From positions 248,001 to 312,000 of the forward strand of contig JBBPEB010000024.1 of assembly GCA_039096225.1 (NCBI GenBank): a DNA stretch of 64,000 bases, written 5' to 3'. The notes under the pieces were generated by a model. That model saw only the letters and a program-made list of their open reading frames with translations, was not told the DNA's origin and ran no database searches. The DNA is from Blastocystis sp. Blastoise. Its lineage: Eukaryota > Protista > Bigyra: Opalinata. This document shows positions 1-10,845 of this stretch, in pieces (position 1 is the stretch's first letter; each line of letters starts with the position of its first letter). The position numbers were made by a program, and so were the translations under genes.

Positions 1-39
1 AGGGGATAAACTGGCAGAAAGACTATCAGGAATTTCCAT
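1..39 (-). CDS. 5' end of PLV hypothetical protein (MEIPDSLSASLSP...), counterpart of 45799-46326; truncated by window edge
   Basis: Reverse complement of 45799-45837. Confidence 0.8.
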   Translation of the reverse strand, partial: MEIPDSLSASLSP

Positions 40-308
40 GATTATTTAAACCTTCAAAAGTATTTTTATACAATATATTAAATATACTATTTTTAGTGTA
101 CAGTTCTTCATTTCAGTTGCTAACAAAAGCCTATTGCTTCCAGCTGGAAAATAAGCCAATAAAATAGCTTATTTCGTATGACAAGTCGTCGTCATCGTCT
201 AATTGTGTTTTACTAATTTTTTTATCCAATCAGATTACAGATGCCGACTATACTCGTCATCGAAACACAAATAAAAAATGCTAAGTCGACAAAATTAGCC
301 AATCAAAT

Positions 309-326
309 GAACCTTCTAGAACATTC
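309..326. promoter_or_regulatory. Heat-shock-element-like array (4 alternating GAA/TTC units) in a divergent promoter with CCAAT boxes
   Basis: GAAccTTCtaGAAcaTTC; CCAAT at about 156, 226 and 299. Confidence 0.6.
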
Positions 327-437
327 CATAGAGATTCTACACTGTCTCCTAGAATATTTAATATTCCATTTAAATGTATTATTTATTTCATTTTGATAAA
401 TACAAATTTTCTCTCTGTAACGATATTCGCGATTATA

Positions 438-1061
438 ATGCAATTTAATCTTTCTGCTGATTCCCGTAAATGTCTTCAAACTGTTCGTATGGAACTTCTA
501 AAGAATTCTAAGAAGGCTGTTGAAGTTCATAAGAATGTTCTTCGTGATATTGATTTACATCAGTCTCAATTGAATAGAGAAAAGAATCTATTGGGTATTG
601 CAAAATCTAAAGAACGTCTTGCTTCTTTCGAAGTCGAAAACTATAGATCAGCTTTAAAACGTATAAACGCGGTTATTAAAGGTCTTGAAGATTATGAAGA
701 ATTCGCTGCTGATATTTATACTCAACAACTTAATGAAGAACAAGATATTCAAGATATTATCAATACTGAAGATCTTTTAGAAAGTGATAGAACTACTATT
801 TTATGTTCTGAAGATTCTAAAGAACATTCGAATTCTCAAGATGATGATTTTGATATTATGAAATTCCATATGGAAGATGGATTCCTCTATGATGAAAAAG
901 GTAAAGTTTATTCTTATGAAGTTGTTCATGCTAAGAGTATTAACAAGATTAAAAGAGATCCTTCAAAACAAATGTATTTCTGGGATGGTATTTTATATGA
1001 TAAGAATGGATGGCCTCATTCATGTACATATATTAATAGTCAAGAACCAATTGAAATTTAA
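438..1061 (+). CDS. PLV hypothetical coiled-coil protein (ATG start MQFNLS)
   Basis: Open in both copies with only 2 aa differences; first ATG at 438; TGTTTTGTT motif downstream. Confidence 0.8.
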   Translation: MQFNLSADSRKCLQTVRMELLKNSKKAVEVHKNVLRDIDLHQSQLNREKNLLGIAKSKERLASFEVENYRSALKRINAVIKGLEDYEEFAADIYTQQLNEEQDIQDIINTEDLLESDRTTILCSEDSKEHSNSQDDDFDIMKFHMEDGFLYDEKGKVYSYEVVHAKSINKIKRDPSKQMYFWDGILYDKNGWPHSCTYINSQEPIEI

Positions 1062-1170
1062 TTATTTTTCTTGTTTATTTTTCTATTTTTACTTATAAAC
1101 TTGTAAAAAATCATTGAAAATTGTTTTGTTTATTGTATATACATTTAAAACACTAAAGTATAAAAAGGAT

Positions 1171-1320
1171 GTTCTAGAAGGTTCTAGAAGGTTCTAGAAT
1201 GTTCTCGAAGGTTCTAGAACATTTAAAAATATAAAGTAATATTTACTATTATAGAATGTTCTAGAAGGTTCTAGAAGGTTCTTGAATGTTCTAGAAGCTT
1301 CCAAAACTGACTTCTAGAAT
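1171..1320. promoter_or_regulatory. Two long HSE-like arrays (10 pentamers each, 1171-1220 and 1254-1301) upstream of the primase-helicase
   Basis: (nTTCnnGAAn)x5 with variation confined to the n positions (TA/TC/TT). Confidence 0.75.
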
Positions 1321-1387
1321 CTTTAATATATTATTTGTTTTAAATGTTGTATTATAATTATTTTCATTATTTATAAGTCAAATAATC

Positions 1388-4300
1388 ATGGAAAATTCAC
1401 AAATTCATTTTGTTTATACTTTTGGTTCCTTTAATCATGATAATTCAAAAGATAATCATAGTGAAATTATTATACCAAATCCATTACCATTTTATAAAAG
1501 TCTATTTACTAATTATCAAAATCCAAAAGAATTATTACATTATATTGATTGTACTCCTTGTAATACATCAACTAATTATAGAAGATTATGGTTTGATTTA
1601 GATTATCACCAAATATCTGATGATTTTTCTTTTCTAACAGATTCTTTTATTCATGAATTTATTGAAGAAATATGTAATCATTGTATTCATTATTATAATC
1701 AAGAATTTATTTCGCTTGTGTATACAAAGAAAGAAGTGAATAAGAAGACAGTTCATAATGAAATACATTATTCATGGGGAATTCATATATATACGAATTG
1801 GTTTGTAAATGGTGATTATTTATTTTTCTTATATAATAGTATGATTCTGAATACCAAATTGGTTGATTTATGTAAAACATATAATTTAGATATAAAAGAA
1901 TTCATTGATTATAATGTTATTGGTAAACCCAGAAAGAATAATGGTTGTATGTTTCTTGGTTGTAGTAAAGATAATTCTCCATCTACTTATAAATTATATG
2001 AAGAATATACCAATAAAACATGGAAGAAAATAGATGATGAAATCGATGAACATTATTATTTCAAAACATTATTGAATTATAAGAATGAAGATGATCTTAT
2101 AAGTGATATTATTAATCCTATTATCTTTTCTAAATTAAAACAATATTCACGTTATAAACGTTATTATGCAAGATTAAATAATTGTTCACGTACTATATTA
2201 TGTTCTATACAAGATATTAAAGATATTCCTATGTTGATTTCTACAGATACTATATTGGATACTACAGCATCTAAAGAAGCTTTATTAGAACGATATTTAT
2301 TATTGATTGGTTCTATTGAAGATATGAATTATTTTGAATCTCATAATACTTGGTATAAATTATGTTGTGCAGCAAAACAGATTTGTAATACAACAAGAGG
2401 ATTAGAATTATTTAAAAATTATTCATTACGTTATGGTCATGATCGAAGTGATGATGTAATTGAATCTACATGGAATCATATACAAGTTGATCCTACTCAT
2501 TTATCGAATAATTATATTTTAAAGATATTAATGGAGAATAAATTATTTAATAAAGATGATGATAATGATTTCATATTTATGTCTATTTTAGAATGTATTC
2601 AATCCTTTAATCTTGTAGATTCACAAACATTAGTTATGTTATTTCAATTATTAGAATTTAATGAAATTGTATCTATTATATTAGATAAAGATAATTTTAT
2701 CTTATATACATTTGATGAATATAATATCTTAAGACGTTGTAAGAATAATTATGATATTAATTTCTTTGAAACCAAAATAACTACATTTATGAAATCGATT
2801 GTAGAGAAATTCAAACTATCAAGATTATATTCCAAAGAGAATGAACAACATCAAAAAATAGTTGATAAAATAATGTCTGCTTCTGTTACTAATGAATATC
2901 ATTATAAAGAATGGTTGAATCGTTATTTGAAGACTTATGGTAAATCTTATAAAGAATATTTAGATACGTATATGGTTCATAAAGAACGTGTTATCTATAC
3001 ACAACTTGGTTATTTATATCCAAAAGAATCTACAGAAGAAGATCCTAGACAATATTATATCCAACCATATCATAAAGAAGATATGGTGTTTGAAGATTTA
3101 TTAATTGATACTGAATTTAATGTAAGTTGGAATATTAATAATGAACAGAAAGATATTATCCAATTATTTGAACAACATATTGCAAGATATTGTGAATTCG
3201 ATAAGAAATATGAAAGTATTATGTTACGTATTCTAACCACTGCTTTCTATGTCAATACTCAGAAAACAGTTTCTTATATATTATATGGTAGTACAGGTAG
3301 TAATGGTAAAACAATAACAACTGATTTAATTTCTCGTATTGTAGGTAGTAATCAATGTATTATAGTAAATCCAGATAATTTAGAAGAAACATCTATAGCT
3401 CCTAAGATTGTAGATATGTCTAATAAAACAATGTATTATATGAATGAATTAATAGAAGAAGATGTTACTGGTAGAAAGAAAACATTTAATCCATTCTCTT
3501 CTAAAGTCTTTAAAGAAATAGCAGAAAAGAAAGAAGGTGCTAGTGCTCGTAAATTATTCAGTAATATATTTACAAAAGTTCATTTCACGGGTACTTTATT
3601 TATGACAAGTAATATCCAACCTACTGCTGTGAATGCTGGTCCTATTGAAAGAAGAGTCTGTTTCTTACCATCATGTTGTCGTTATTTCCCTCCTGGTAAT
3701 GCTAATTTATATGAAGATTATGTAGATCATAATTTACCGAAACGTAAACAGACAGTAGAAAAGAGATTGAAACCCAATCATTATGAAATGGATTATACTC
3801 TATCTGATAAATTCTATCAGAATCGTTCTATTATCTTTAGTTATCTAGTAAGTAATTATTTCTATTCTAGTATGCAATTAGATATGCATGAATTAGATAA
3901 TGAATATCATATAAGTGAATGTAAGAAACGATTCTTTGATCGTAGTACAGAAGGATATGATTTGAAATCTTTTGTTGATAACCATATTACTATAGATCCT
4001 TATTATTTGAATGTAGTTACTATTGAAGATATTTTTAATAGTTATAAGAAAGTGAATAATAATAATCAATTTACGATTAAGAAAGATTTAGATAAATTTA
4101 CAAATGCTTTATTTGGTTGTTTAAGTAGTAAAGATACATTTAATTCTATAGATATTGTGAATATTCATAGAAAACATACTTCAAATTTCTATAAGGGAGG
4201 GAATGCTATTGGTATTTGTGGTTTAATGATTGATAATACTTATAATGAATGTGTGGATACAGATTTATTCTGTTTATCCAATTGTTTATCTAAGAAAGAA

Positions 4301-4390
4301 GAAATTGTTTATAGTGAAGATCAATATCATAATACGTCATCAACAAAACGAATTTTAATAGATAATACTTTATATGCTATACCAAATTAA
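1388..4390 (+). CDS. D5-like primase-helicase (AEP-like + PriCT-2-like + SF3 helicase)
   Basis: RRLWFDLD and GIHIY (AEP motifs); TWYKLCCAAK...GLELFKNYS (PriCT-2-like); Walker A YGSTGSNGKT, Walker B YYMNE, motif C LFMTSN, arginine finger ERR. Confidence 0.85.
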   Translation: MENSQIHFVYTFGSFNHDNSKDNHSEIIIPNPLPFYKSLFTNYQNPKELLHYIDCTPCNTSTNYRRLWFDLDYHQISDDFSFLTDSFIHEFIEEICNHCIHYYNQEFISLVYTKKEVNKKTVHNEIHYSWGIHIYTNWFVNGDYLFFLYNSMILNTKLVDLCKTYNLDIKEFIDYNVIGKPRKNNGCMFLGCSKDNSPSTYKLYEEYTNKTWKKIDDEIDEHYYFKTLLNYKNEDDLISDIINPIIFSKLKQYSRYKRYYARLNNCSRTILCSIQDIKDIPMLISTDTILDTTASKEALLERYLLLIGSIEDMNYFESHNTWYKLCCAAKQICNTTRGLELFKNYSLRYGHDRSDDVIESTWNHIQVDPTHLSNNYILKILMENKLFNKDDDNDFIFMSILECIQSFNLVDSQTLVMLFQLLEFNEIVSIILDKDNFILYTFDEYNILRRCKNNYDINFFETKITTFMKSIVEKFKLSRLYSKENEQHQKIVDKIMSASVTNEYHYKEWLNRYLKTYGKSYKEYLDTYMVHKERVIYTQLGYLYPKESTEEDPRQYYIQPYHKEDMVFEDLLIDTEFNVSWNINNEQKDIIQLFEQHIARYCEFDKKYESIMLRILTTAFYVNTQKTVSYILYGSTGSNGKTITTDLISRIVGSNQCIIVNPDNLEETSIAPKIVDMSNKTMYYMNELIEEDVTGRKKTFNPFSSKVFKEIAEKKEGASARKLFSNIFTKVHFTGTLFMTSNIQPTAVNAGPIERRVCFLPSCCRYFPPGNANLYEDYVDHNLPKRKQTVEKRLKPNHYEMDYTLSDKFYQNRSIIFSYLVSNYFYSSMQLDMHELDNEYHISECKKRFFDRSTEGYDLKSFVDNHITIDPYYLNVVTIEDIFNSYKKVNNNNQFTIKKDLDKFTNALFGCLSSKDTFNSIDIVNIHRKHTSNFYKGGNAIGICGLMIDNTYNECVDTDLFCLSNCLSKKEEIVYSEDQYHNTSSTKRILIDNTLYAIPN

Positions 4391-4434
4391 ATTTATATTT
4401 ATTTTTTACTATAAAGAGTTGTTTTGTTTTAAAA

Positions 4435-6231
4435 TTAATAAAATTTAAATTGTATTCCATGAAAATGTTTTTTAGGGACTTTGACTTTAAAGAATGCATT
4501 ACTTTTATGTTTTTTCAATAAACCATGACCACGATGAATAGGTTCTAAAGGAGGCATAGTAGAAAGACTACGTAATGCATAAGTATCTGAATTATTCATA
4601 ACTATAGGTGTAGAATTTTCATCTTGAGTATTCTGTTGCATAAGAGATGCTTGTGTATTCGTTAATTCTGAATCCGTTGTATTATTATGTAAATGATCAG
4701 GTAATAATTGTTTATTACGTATAAAACGATTATAACGATCTCTAGAATTCTCTGGAACTTCTTCAGATTCTAATGAACATCCTACAGGTAATTCAGTTTC
4801 TAAATCGTTTTTATCTGGATAATGATGCTTTAATAGATCTTTATAATATCTTAATGTAATCATTATAGTATCATTATCTGATGAATATTGTTCTAATGTA
4901 GATAATATCGATTCTGATTTCATATTGAAATTCTCTTTACCAAATACATCTTCATAGTCTTCATCATATTGTTCTATACGATCATTAAATCGTTTACATA
5001 AAAATAATAATTTATTCAATTGATTAATTTCTCTTGTATAAGTAATATTATTCATATCAATATGAAATATTCTTGTTTTATTATCTAAATCTTGTAATTT
5101 AGTTGAATGAGAAGATAAATAAGGAGATATATAATTTTCCATATGTGTTGATTGACTATGTAACATCTTCATAATCGAATTTTCAAAGAGTTCTACACCT
5201 TTAGATTCATGTTCTGAATCATTATGTTGGAATTGTGCTTCTCTTGATAATCTATAATAATATTGAGCAAATAAATGTCTTATAATATCACAACCATTAA
5301 TTAAAGAATTATTCTGTTGTGTTTTATAAATCCATCCTAAATGAGGTTTTATATATTCATCACCAAATTTCAAATCACGTACTTTACCACCATTCTCAGT
5401 AACAAATAAATAATGTCTTGGAAATAAACGTAAGGATCTAGCTAAGACATTTAAATATTCTTCTGATAAATACTGATAAGTAGGATATTCATTCTTACCA
5501 ATTTCAAATCGATTCTTTGTATCATTCACATGAATAGTCAAAGTATTTAAATCAATATAATTGGTTGTTCTTCTTAACGATAAAGGAATTTGTTGACCAC
5601 GAGTATAGATTACACAATCATTATAATCATTACGAGCACATAATGTATCATAAGTTAAAACTAATAAATAACTATTCACATAATATAAATCATTAGGATT
5701 CTCTAAATAATTCTTTTTGGTGATATTAATGATTTCTCCCCAATCAGCTTCACAATTAATAATTTTCTGAGTGATTTCATAATGTCTTGAATAAGTAGCA
5801 TCAATTTGTAAAGAACCCCATAAATGTTCCCATTTCTTTATATTTTGTGGAGTAAATGCTTTATAATTAATGATATCTTCATCATCTGTACAAATAGATA
5901 TATTCTTCATTATATAAGTAATCATTTGCATATAATTAGCTACAGTAGTATTGGATAATCCACCTTGTTGTCCAGGAGCTTCTGTTTGTGTATGTTGCAT
6001 AACATTTTGAAATTGAAATGGATCTGTTAACACTTCTACACAAAAGAATGGTTCTTCCATATCATCTATTTGAATTCGTTCTTCATTACGAAATTTCTTA
6101 CATATTGTCTTTATCCATTTCTTCCAATTTATACTTGTTGATAATTGTATTTTCTTCCAATGTAATAATTGATCTATACAATTTGTAAAGAATTCTTCAC
6201 AATCTTTATCTGAATAACCTGTTGATTGCAT
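4435..6231 (-). CDS. Tyrosine recombinase-family protein 1 (598 aa)
   Basis: ARND(R)...NDTKN(K)...YLF...IIRH(R)...MLHSQSTHMENY(H,Y); motif order matches 50079-51014. Confidence 0.75.
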   Translation of the reverse strand: MQSTGYSDKDCEEFFTNCIDQLLHWKKIQLSTSINWKKWIKTICKKFRNEERIQIDDMEEPFFCVEVLTDPFQFQNVMQHTQTEAPGQQGGLSNTTVANYMQMITYIMKNISICTDDEDIINYKAFTPQNIKKWEHLWGSLQIDATYSRHYEITQKIINCEADWGEIINITKKNYLENPNDLYYVNSYLLVLTYDTLCARNDYNDCVIYTRGQQIPLSLRRTTNYIDLNTLTIHVNDTKNRFEIGKNEYPTYQYLSEEYLNVLARSLRLFPRHYLFVTENGGKVRDLKFGDEYIKPHLGWIYKTQQNNSLINGCDIIRHLFAQYYYRLSREAQFQHNDSEHESKGVELFENSIMKMLHSQSTHMENYISPYLSSHSTKLQDLDNKTRIFHIDMNNITYTREINQLNKLLFLCKRFNDRIEQYDEDYEDVFGKENFNMKSESILSTLEQYSSDNDTIMITLRYYKDLLKHHYPDKNDLETELPVGCSLESEEVPENSRDRYNRFIRNKQLLPDHLHNNTTDSELTNTQASLMQQNTQDENSTPIVMNNSDTYALRSLSTMPPLEPIHRGHGLLKKHKSNAFFKVKVPKKHFHGIQFKFY

Positions 6232-6298
6232 TATTAAAAATTAAATTATTTATAAACAAAACAAATTTATTATTAATATTTTATAACATTTCATAGAA

Positions 6299-6721
6299 TT
6301 ATAAATGAAGAGATTGAACAATAGAATCAACACTTATATTTAATTTCATTAATTGAACAGCTAATTCTTGTATTGATTCATTTTGATTCGAATCAATTTC
6401 TTCTAATTCATTCAAGACTTCTGATATATGTTTGACTTCTTCTTCAATAATAGTTTGTTGTATTTTCATTGTCTTATAATAGACTTTCTTTGTTTGTGGA
6501 TTACAACAATTACAATGAATATCTATATTTTTAACAATTAATTGAAAGAATTCAGTTGATTTTTCAAATAAACATTTTATAGCTTTTATAATAAATTCTA
6601 ATAAAGTATTTTTCTTTTCTATTTCTTCTTCGGATAATGTGGTTGTTGTTGAACTATCTGAACTTGTTGAACTTGTACTTGATAAAGAATGTAAGGATTC
6701 AGATACAGATTTAGGCTCCAT
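6299..6721 (-). CDS. PLV hypothetical protein (Ser/Thr-rich N-terminus, HCNCC, coiled C-terminus)
   Basis: ATG ORF bounded by AT-rich spacers; downstream TGTTTTGTT motif on its strand. Confidence 0.7.
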   Translation of the reverse strand: MEPKSVSESLHSLSSTSSTSSDSSTTTTLSEEEIEKKNTLLEFIIKAIKCLFEKSTEFFQLIVKNIDIHCNCCNPQTKKVYYKTMKIQQTIIEEEVKHISEVLNELEEIDSNQNESIQELAVQLMKLNISVDSIVQSLHL

Positions 6722-6790
6722 TTTTTAATAATTTTTAAATGAATAATATAACAAAACATTTTTTAATTTAAATGAAATGAATTAAAATAT

Positions 6791-9277
6791 TTATATATAA
6801 GAGATAGTTAATAAAACAACACAAGGATAATCACATGTTATAAAGAACATATTATCATGAGGTAATAACTTTAATAATTTACGATTACAATAATAGACAT
6901 TCTTATTGATCTTATTTGATATACCTTCATATTTAATACCATTAGAATAGTAATAAGGTAGATTTGTAGTATCTATAACATGAATATTATTCTCATATTC
7001 ATTAGTAAAGCATCTTAATGAAATAGGATATAAGTAATCAGTGGATTGACCATACACTGATATAATTTGTATATTCGTTAAGTATTGATATCCATAGACA
7101 TTGGTTTTCTTCAATTCATAAATTAAATTCTTACTCGTACTAAAATCACAATATACTTCATCATAAGCTTTGAAACGTATATCACTACCATTCGGTTCAC
7201 ATATATTACAAATTATATTTCCTTTGAATAATTCATCAAATCTTAAATCTATATGATGATCAATTGTAATTGGAGAATTTATATTACTATAAGTAACATA
7301 TTTATCAGATAAAGGAAAACTAAATGTAGGATAATAAGATCCATTTATATATCCAGTACATAATTTAGATGCATTTGCTTGGATTGTATCTGTATCATTT
7401 TGAATAATAATATCTTTCAAGATCTTATTTTGAATATTCAATGTAGGATATTCAGCATAGAACTGTGTGTCTGATGTTTGACAATTCAAACATAATTTCT
7501 TAATGGTTTCACTTGGTTGAATCGTATCGACTGTATCTGAGAATTCTAAGAATCCTCTTAAAATACAATTATTATTGAAATTCACATATTGTTTATTTTT
7601 ATCAGTATATCGTATAATAATATCTTGAATAGTATTTAAATAAGGAGACACATTAATATTCATAATATCATGAAATTCATTATTGCCTTTATAATTATTC
7701 ACATTAAATGAATATAAAGAATTCTGACTATTATCTACTATATTCGATTGAGCTATTAACATTCCTTTTGGACGACTACTATCAATATTATGAACACCAT
7801 AATTAATAATTTCATCATAACCTAATTTATTATAACCTAAGATTTCACCTAATTCTTGAGCTTGAGAAAAATCTATATGATAACTATCAGTATAACACTT
7901 ATAATTACCATCTAAATCTAATGTATTCAAATCAACAGGTATACCTGATAATAATTGTTTACCATAAGATACATGCCAAGCAAAACATCCTTGTTCATCA
8001 TAAACCAGATCAGGTCGTATATTATGTAGAGCACCACGATACTTAAATAATGAATGTTCTATATCTGTGGCTGTAAATGTCCATGAACTTGAATTATAAT
8101 CGTTGTACGTTATTAAATACAAAATATAACCCTCTTTATCACCGTGAGTTTCTACATCTTTTGATATAGTTAAATTACATACCTCAATAGATCCATTGAT
8201 CGTATTTTCTAATAAATCATAGAATTCTTGTTCAGTATATTCTCCTGGAGGCATTGTGTATGTAGTTTCCATTCGACCACCCATTCCACTTATTTGTCGA
8301 ATAATCATTGTATTATATCCATCTTCAACTCTAATGTATGTTTTGATATTAAATATATTATCATCTTTAACTGGATTCTTAATTCTTTGTAAAACAATTT
8401 CTGGTTTATTTTCAGTGTATATTAGTGTTTCATTACCGTCAAATAAACCAGTAAATAAACTATTTTCCATTTTCAGAATCATATTTATATTTGGAGAAGT
8501 TACATCTGGAAAATAAAAATCATGTTCTGCATTAGTTACACATTCAATTGTTCCATCACTACTTTGTGTAGGAATATCATGAATGAACTTACTAAATACA
8601 CCGCTATTTGCATATTCTTTTAATGAATAAGTCCCTGTTGTTGTAACAGGAATATTAAAAGAAGTTGTTTTGGGTTTATATATGGTTATAGTATCATCAT
8701 CATATTTCATCATCAGTCGATTACAGTTATCTAACCATACAGAAGATACCAAACAAACAGCGATCCACCAAAATTCTATATCTGTATACGTTCCTTTTGG
8801 GAAATTAAAACCACGTCTTGTTTTAGCAATATGAAATTCACAATAGAAATCATCTGTATTTATTGTGACTGTTGGAATCTTAATATATTGAATAGTAGGA
8901 TCAATATCAGGAGATTCTTTTATTACTGGTCTATCACATATATCAAAATGACATAGTTCTAATAATTGTGGAATGGAATAATTTTTCTGATCTAAAGTGA
9001 TTGTATATACGGAACTATTACCATTGACACGAGTATTTATATATTTGAATATTTGTGTTTTTGTGAAAGTATCAAATAGAGGCACACTTTCACTACCAAT
9101 TAAATTAAGATCAATATAAGAAATGATATTTTTAGTGATATCAATAGAATTCGATAAATGTATATTGAATTGATTATCAATACAACGAACATCAATAGGG
9201 ACTACATGTGTTTTAATACGAGTATCCTTCTCTTCTAATGAAGTCTGTTCTTCTTGATTATCTTCATCAAGTTCCAT
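6791..9277 (-). CDS. Large minor-capsid/penton-like protein with repeated insertion domains
   Basis: Repeated PxGxY motifs (FPKGTY, MPPGEY), LGEILGY, and IQDIIIRYTDKNKQYVNF, paralleling 12330-12995. Confidence 0.6.
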   Translation of the reverse strand: MELDEDNQEEQTSLEEKDTRIKTHVVPIDVRCIDNQFNIHLSNSIDITKNIISYIDLNLIGSESVPLFDTFTKTQIFKYINTRVNGNSSVYTITLDQKNYSIPQLLELCHFDICDRPVIKESPDIDPTIQYIKIPTVTINTDDFYCEFHIAKTRRGFNFPKGTYTDIEFWWIAVCLVSSVWLDNCNRLMMKYDDDTITIYKPKTTSFNIPVTTTGTYSLKEYANSGVFSKFIHDIPTQSSDGTIECVTNAEHDFYFPDVTSPNINMILKMENSLFTGLFDGNETLIYTENKPEIVLQRIKNPVKDDNIFNIKTYIRVEDGYNTMIIRQISGMGGRMETTYTMPPGEYTEQEFYDLLENTINGSIEVCNLTISKDVETHGDKEGYILYLITYNDYNSSSWTFTATDIEHSLFKYRGALHNIRPDLVYDEQGCFAWHVSYGKQLLSGIPVDLNTLDLDGNYKCYTDSYHIDFSQAQELGEILGYNKLGYDEIINYGVHNIDSSRPKGMLIAQSNIVDNSQNSLYSFNVNNYKGNNEFHDIMNINVSPYLNTIQDIIIRYTDKNKQYVNFNNNCILRGFLEFSDTVDTIQPSETIKKLCLNCQTSDTQFYAEYPTLNIQNKILKDIIIQNDTDTIQANASKLCTGYINGSYYPTFSFPLSDKYVTYSNINSPITIDHHIDLRFDELFKGNIICNICEPNGSDIRFKAYDEVYCDFSTSKNLIYELKKTNVYGYQYLTNIQIISVYGQSTDYLYPISLRCFTNEYENNIHVIDTTNLPYYYSNGIKYEGISNKINKNVYYCNRKLLKLLPHDNMFFITCDYPCVVLLTISYI

Positions 9278-9372
9278 ATTTTTCTAATTTATTAAATAAT
9301 AATTTATATTAATTTATAAAAATTATTTAATTTTATTTATTTATTAATATTTTATTTAAAATAAAAAGAAAT

Positions 9373-10845
9373 ATGAGAATCTTAAGAATTAAAGATAATA
9401 TTCCTATTCAAAGTGATACTGATATTCTATCAAGTCCTTATATCTTTCAATATCATTGGACTAATGTGGATAATACTTATATCAATTTCAATCAATCCTA
9501 TTTGGATCTTACTGTCAAGGCAACTGTCACAGATAAAGCTGGACCAGTTTCTGTTTATTTAGATGAAACAGGTACTTCTGTTAGTTTCACTTATGATCAA
9601 TTATGTCAATATTTCTTGGATCAATTAGTTCAAAAAGCAAATATTTATTCTATTATTGATTCCACTGATGTTGAAATGGTTTATACATTACCTGATGGAT
9701 CTGATCGTGCTTTGAAATATGAAGAAAACTGTACACATGCTTCACGTGGTCGTAAAATGATTTTATTAAAAGATATCAGTAAGAATGATTTAGAAAAATC
9801 TATGTATGGTGAAGATTTATCTGCAGATACTTATGAATTGAATTCTATTCGTTATATACGTGCACATCCAAAACAATCTATTCATATTGCTATTCCTTTA
9901 TATCTTATTAGTGGTTTAGGTGTTGATGGAGATTCTTTAATATTAACTAAACATTTCAATATGTTATTTAGAACTAGTACTATTGAATCCTTAATTGATA
10001 ATAATATGAGTATTTATTTCAAGAATGGTGGTAAAGATCTATCAACACAATGGTTACATCTAACTGATGAAAAATGGTTTAAGACATTTGAATTGGAATC
10101 AGCTACTATGAATTTAATGACTTATAAAGATATTCAATTCCAAACGAATGAATTATATAAAACTATACCTACATGTATTCAAGTCGATTATCAAAATACA
10201 AGAATAACTAGTGATCATTTCAATATCAATAGAGCTTTACCATTTATACCTGAATATATATTATACTGGTTTACAAATGGGTATAGTTCAACAACTATTA
10301 GTAATGTAGCTAGTCCATCTGTATGGCCTAAATATCAAAGTTGTTTGATTGGTGATGTTCAAATGTTCCCTCAAACTGAATTCCCTACTCAAATGTATTA
10401 TCATAATCTTACTACTAAAGGTCATGTCTTCAATAATGAAGAAACTGCTAGTTTATCTTGTCCTAATAAAAATCTATATTGTTTATGGGCTGATAATTCA
10501 AATCCTGAAACTATTCTTAAATATGATGAATGGATTAAACATCCTATTTATATTATTCCAACTAAAGCATTAATGAATATCCAATCAGATAGTGGTATAG
10601 AAATGAATTTTGATTGTAATCTAGATGTTCATGATATTGAATATGGTCATGCTAATTCATCCACTGTTCCTGATGGATATACATGTACATATAATGAAAC
10701 TACTAAAATATGGACACCTGACACTGGTGCTTCTTATGCCGTTGCTTCTCATGCTGGTATTTATAAACATATTAATACTGAACTAAATGAGAAGCATCCT
10801 TATACATTACATATGATTGCTGTACGTAGTGTACGTGATATTTAA
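9373..10845 (+). CDS. Putative double-jelly-roll major capsid protein 1
   Basis: YINFNQSYLDL, NIYSIID, IPLYLISGLG; collinear paralogue of the next ORF; size and position next to penton and ATPase. Confidence 0.65.
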   Translation: MRILRIKDNIPIQSDTDILSSPYIFQYHWTNVDNTYINFNQSYLDLTVKATVTDKAGPVSVYLDETGTSVSFTYDQLCQYFLDQLVQKANIYSIIDSTDVEMVYTLPDGSDRALKYEENCTHASRGRKMILLKDISKNDLEKSMYGEDLSADTYELNSIRYIRAHPKQSIHIAIPLYLISGLGVDGDSLILTKHFNMLFRTSTIESLIDNNMSIYFKNGGKDLSTQWLHLTDEKWFKTFELESATMNLMTYKDIQFQTNELYKTIPTCIQVDYQNTRITSDHFNINRALPFIPEYILYWFTNGYSSTTISNVASPSVWPKYQSCLIGDVQMFPQTEFPTQMYYHNLTTKGHVFNNEETASLSCPNKNLYCLWADNSNPETILKYDEWIKHPIYIIPTKALMNIQSDSGIEMNFDCNLDVHDIEYGHANSSTVPDGYTCTYNETTKIWTPDTGASYAVASHAGIYKHINTELNEKHPYTLHMIAVRSVRDI

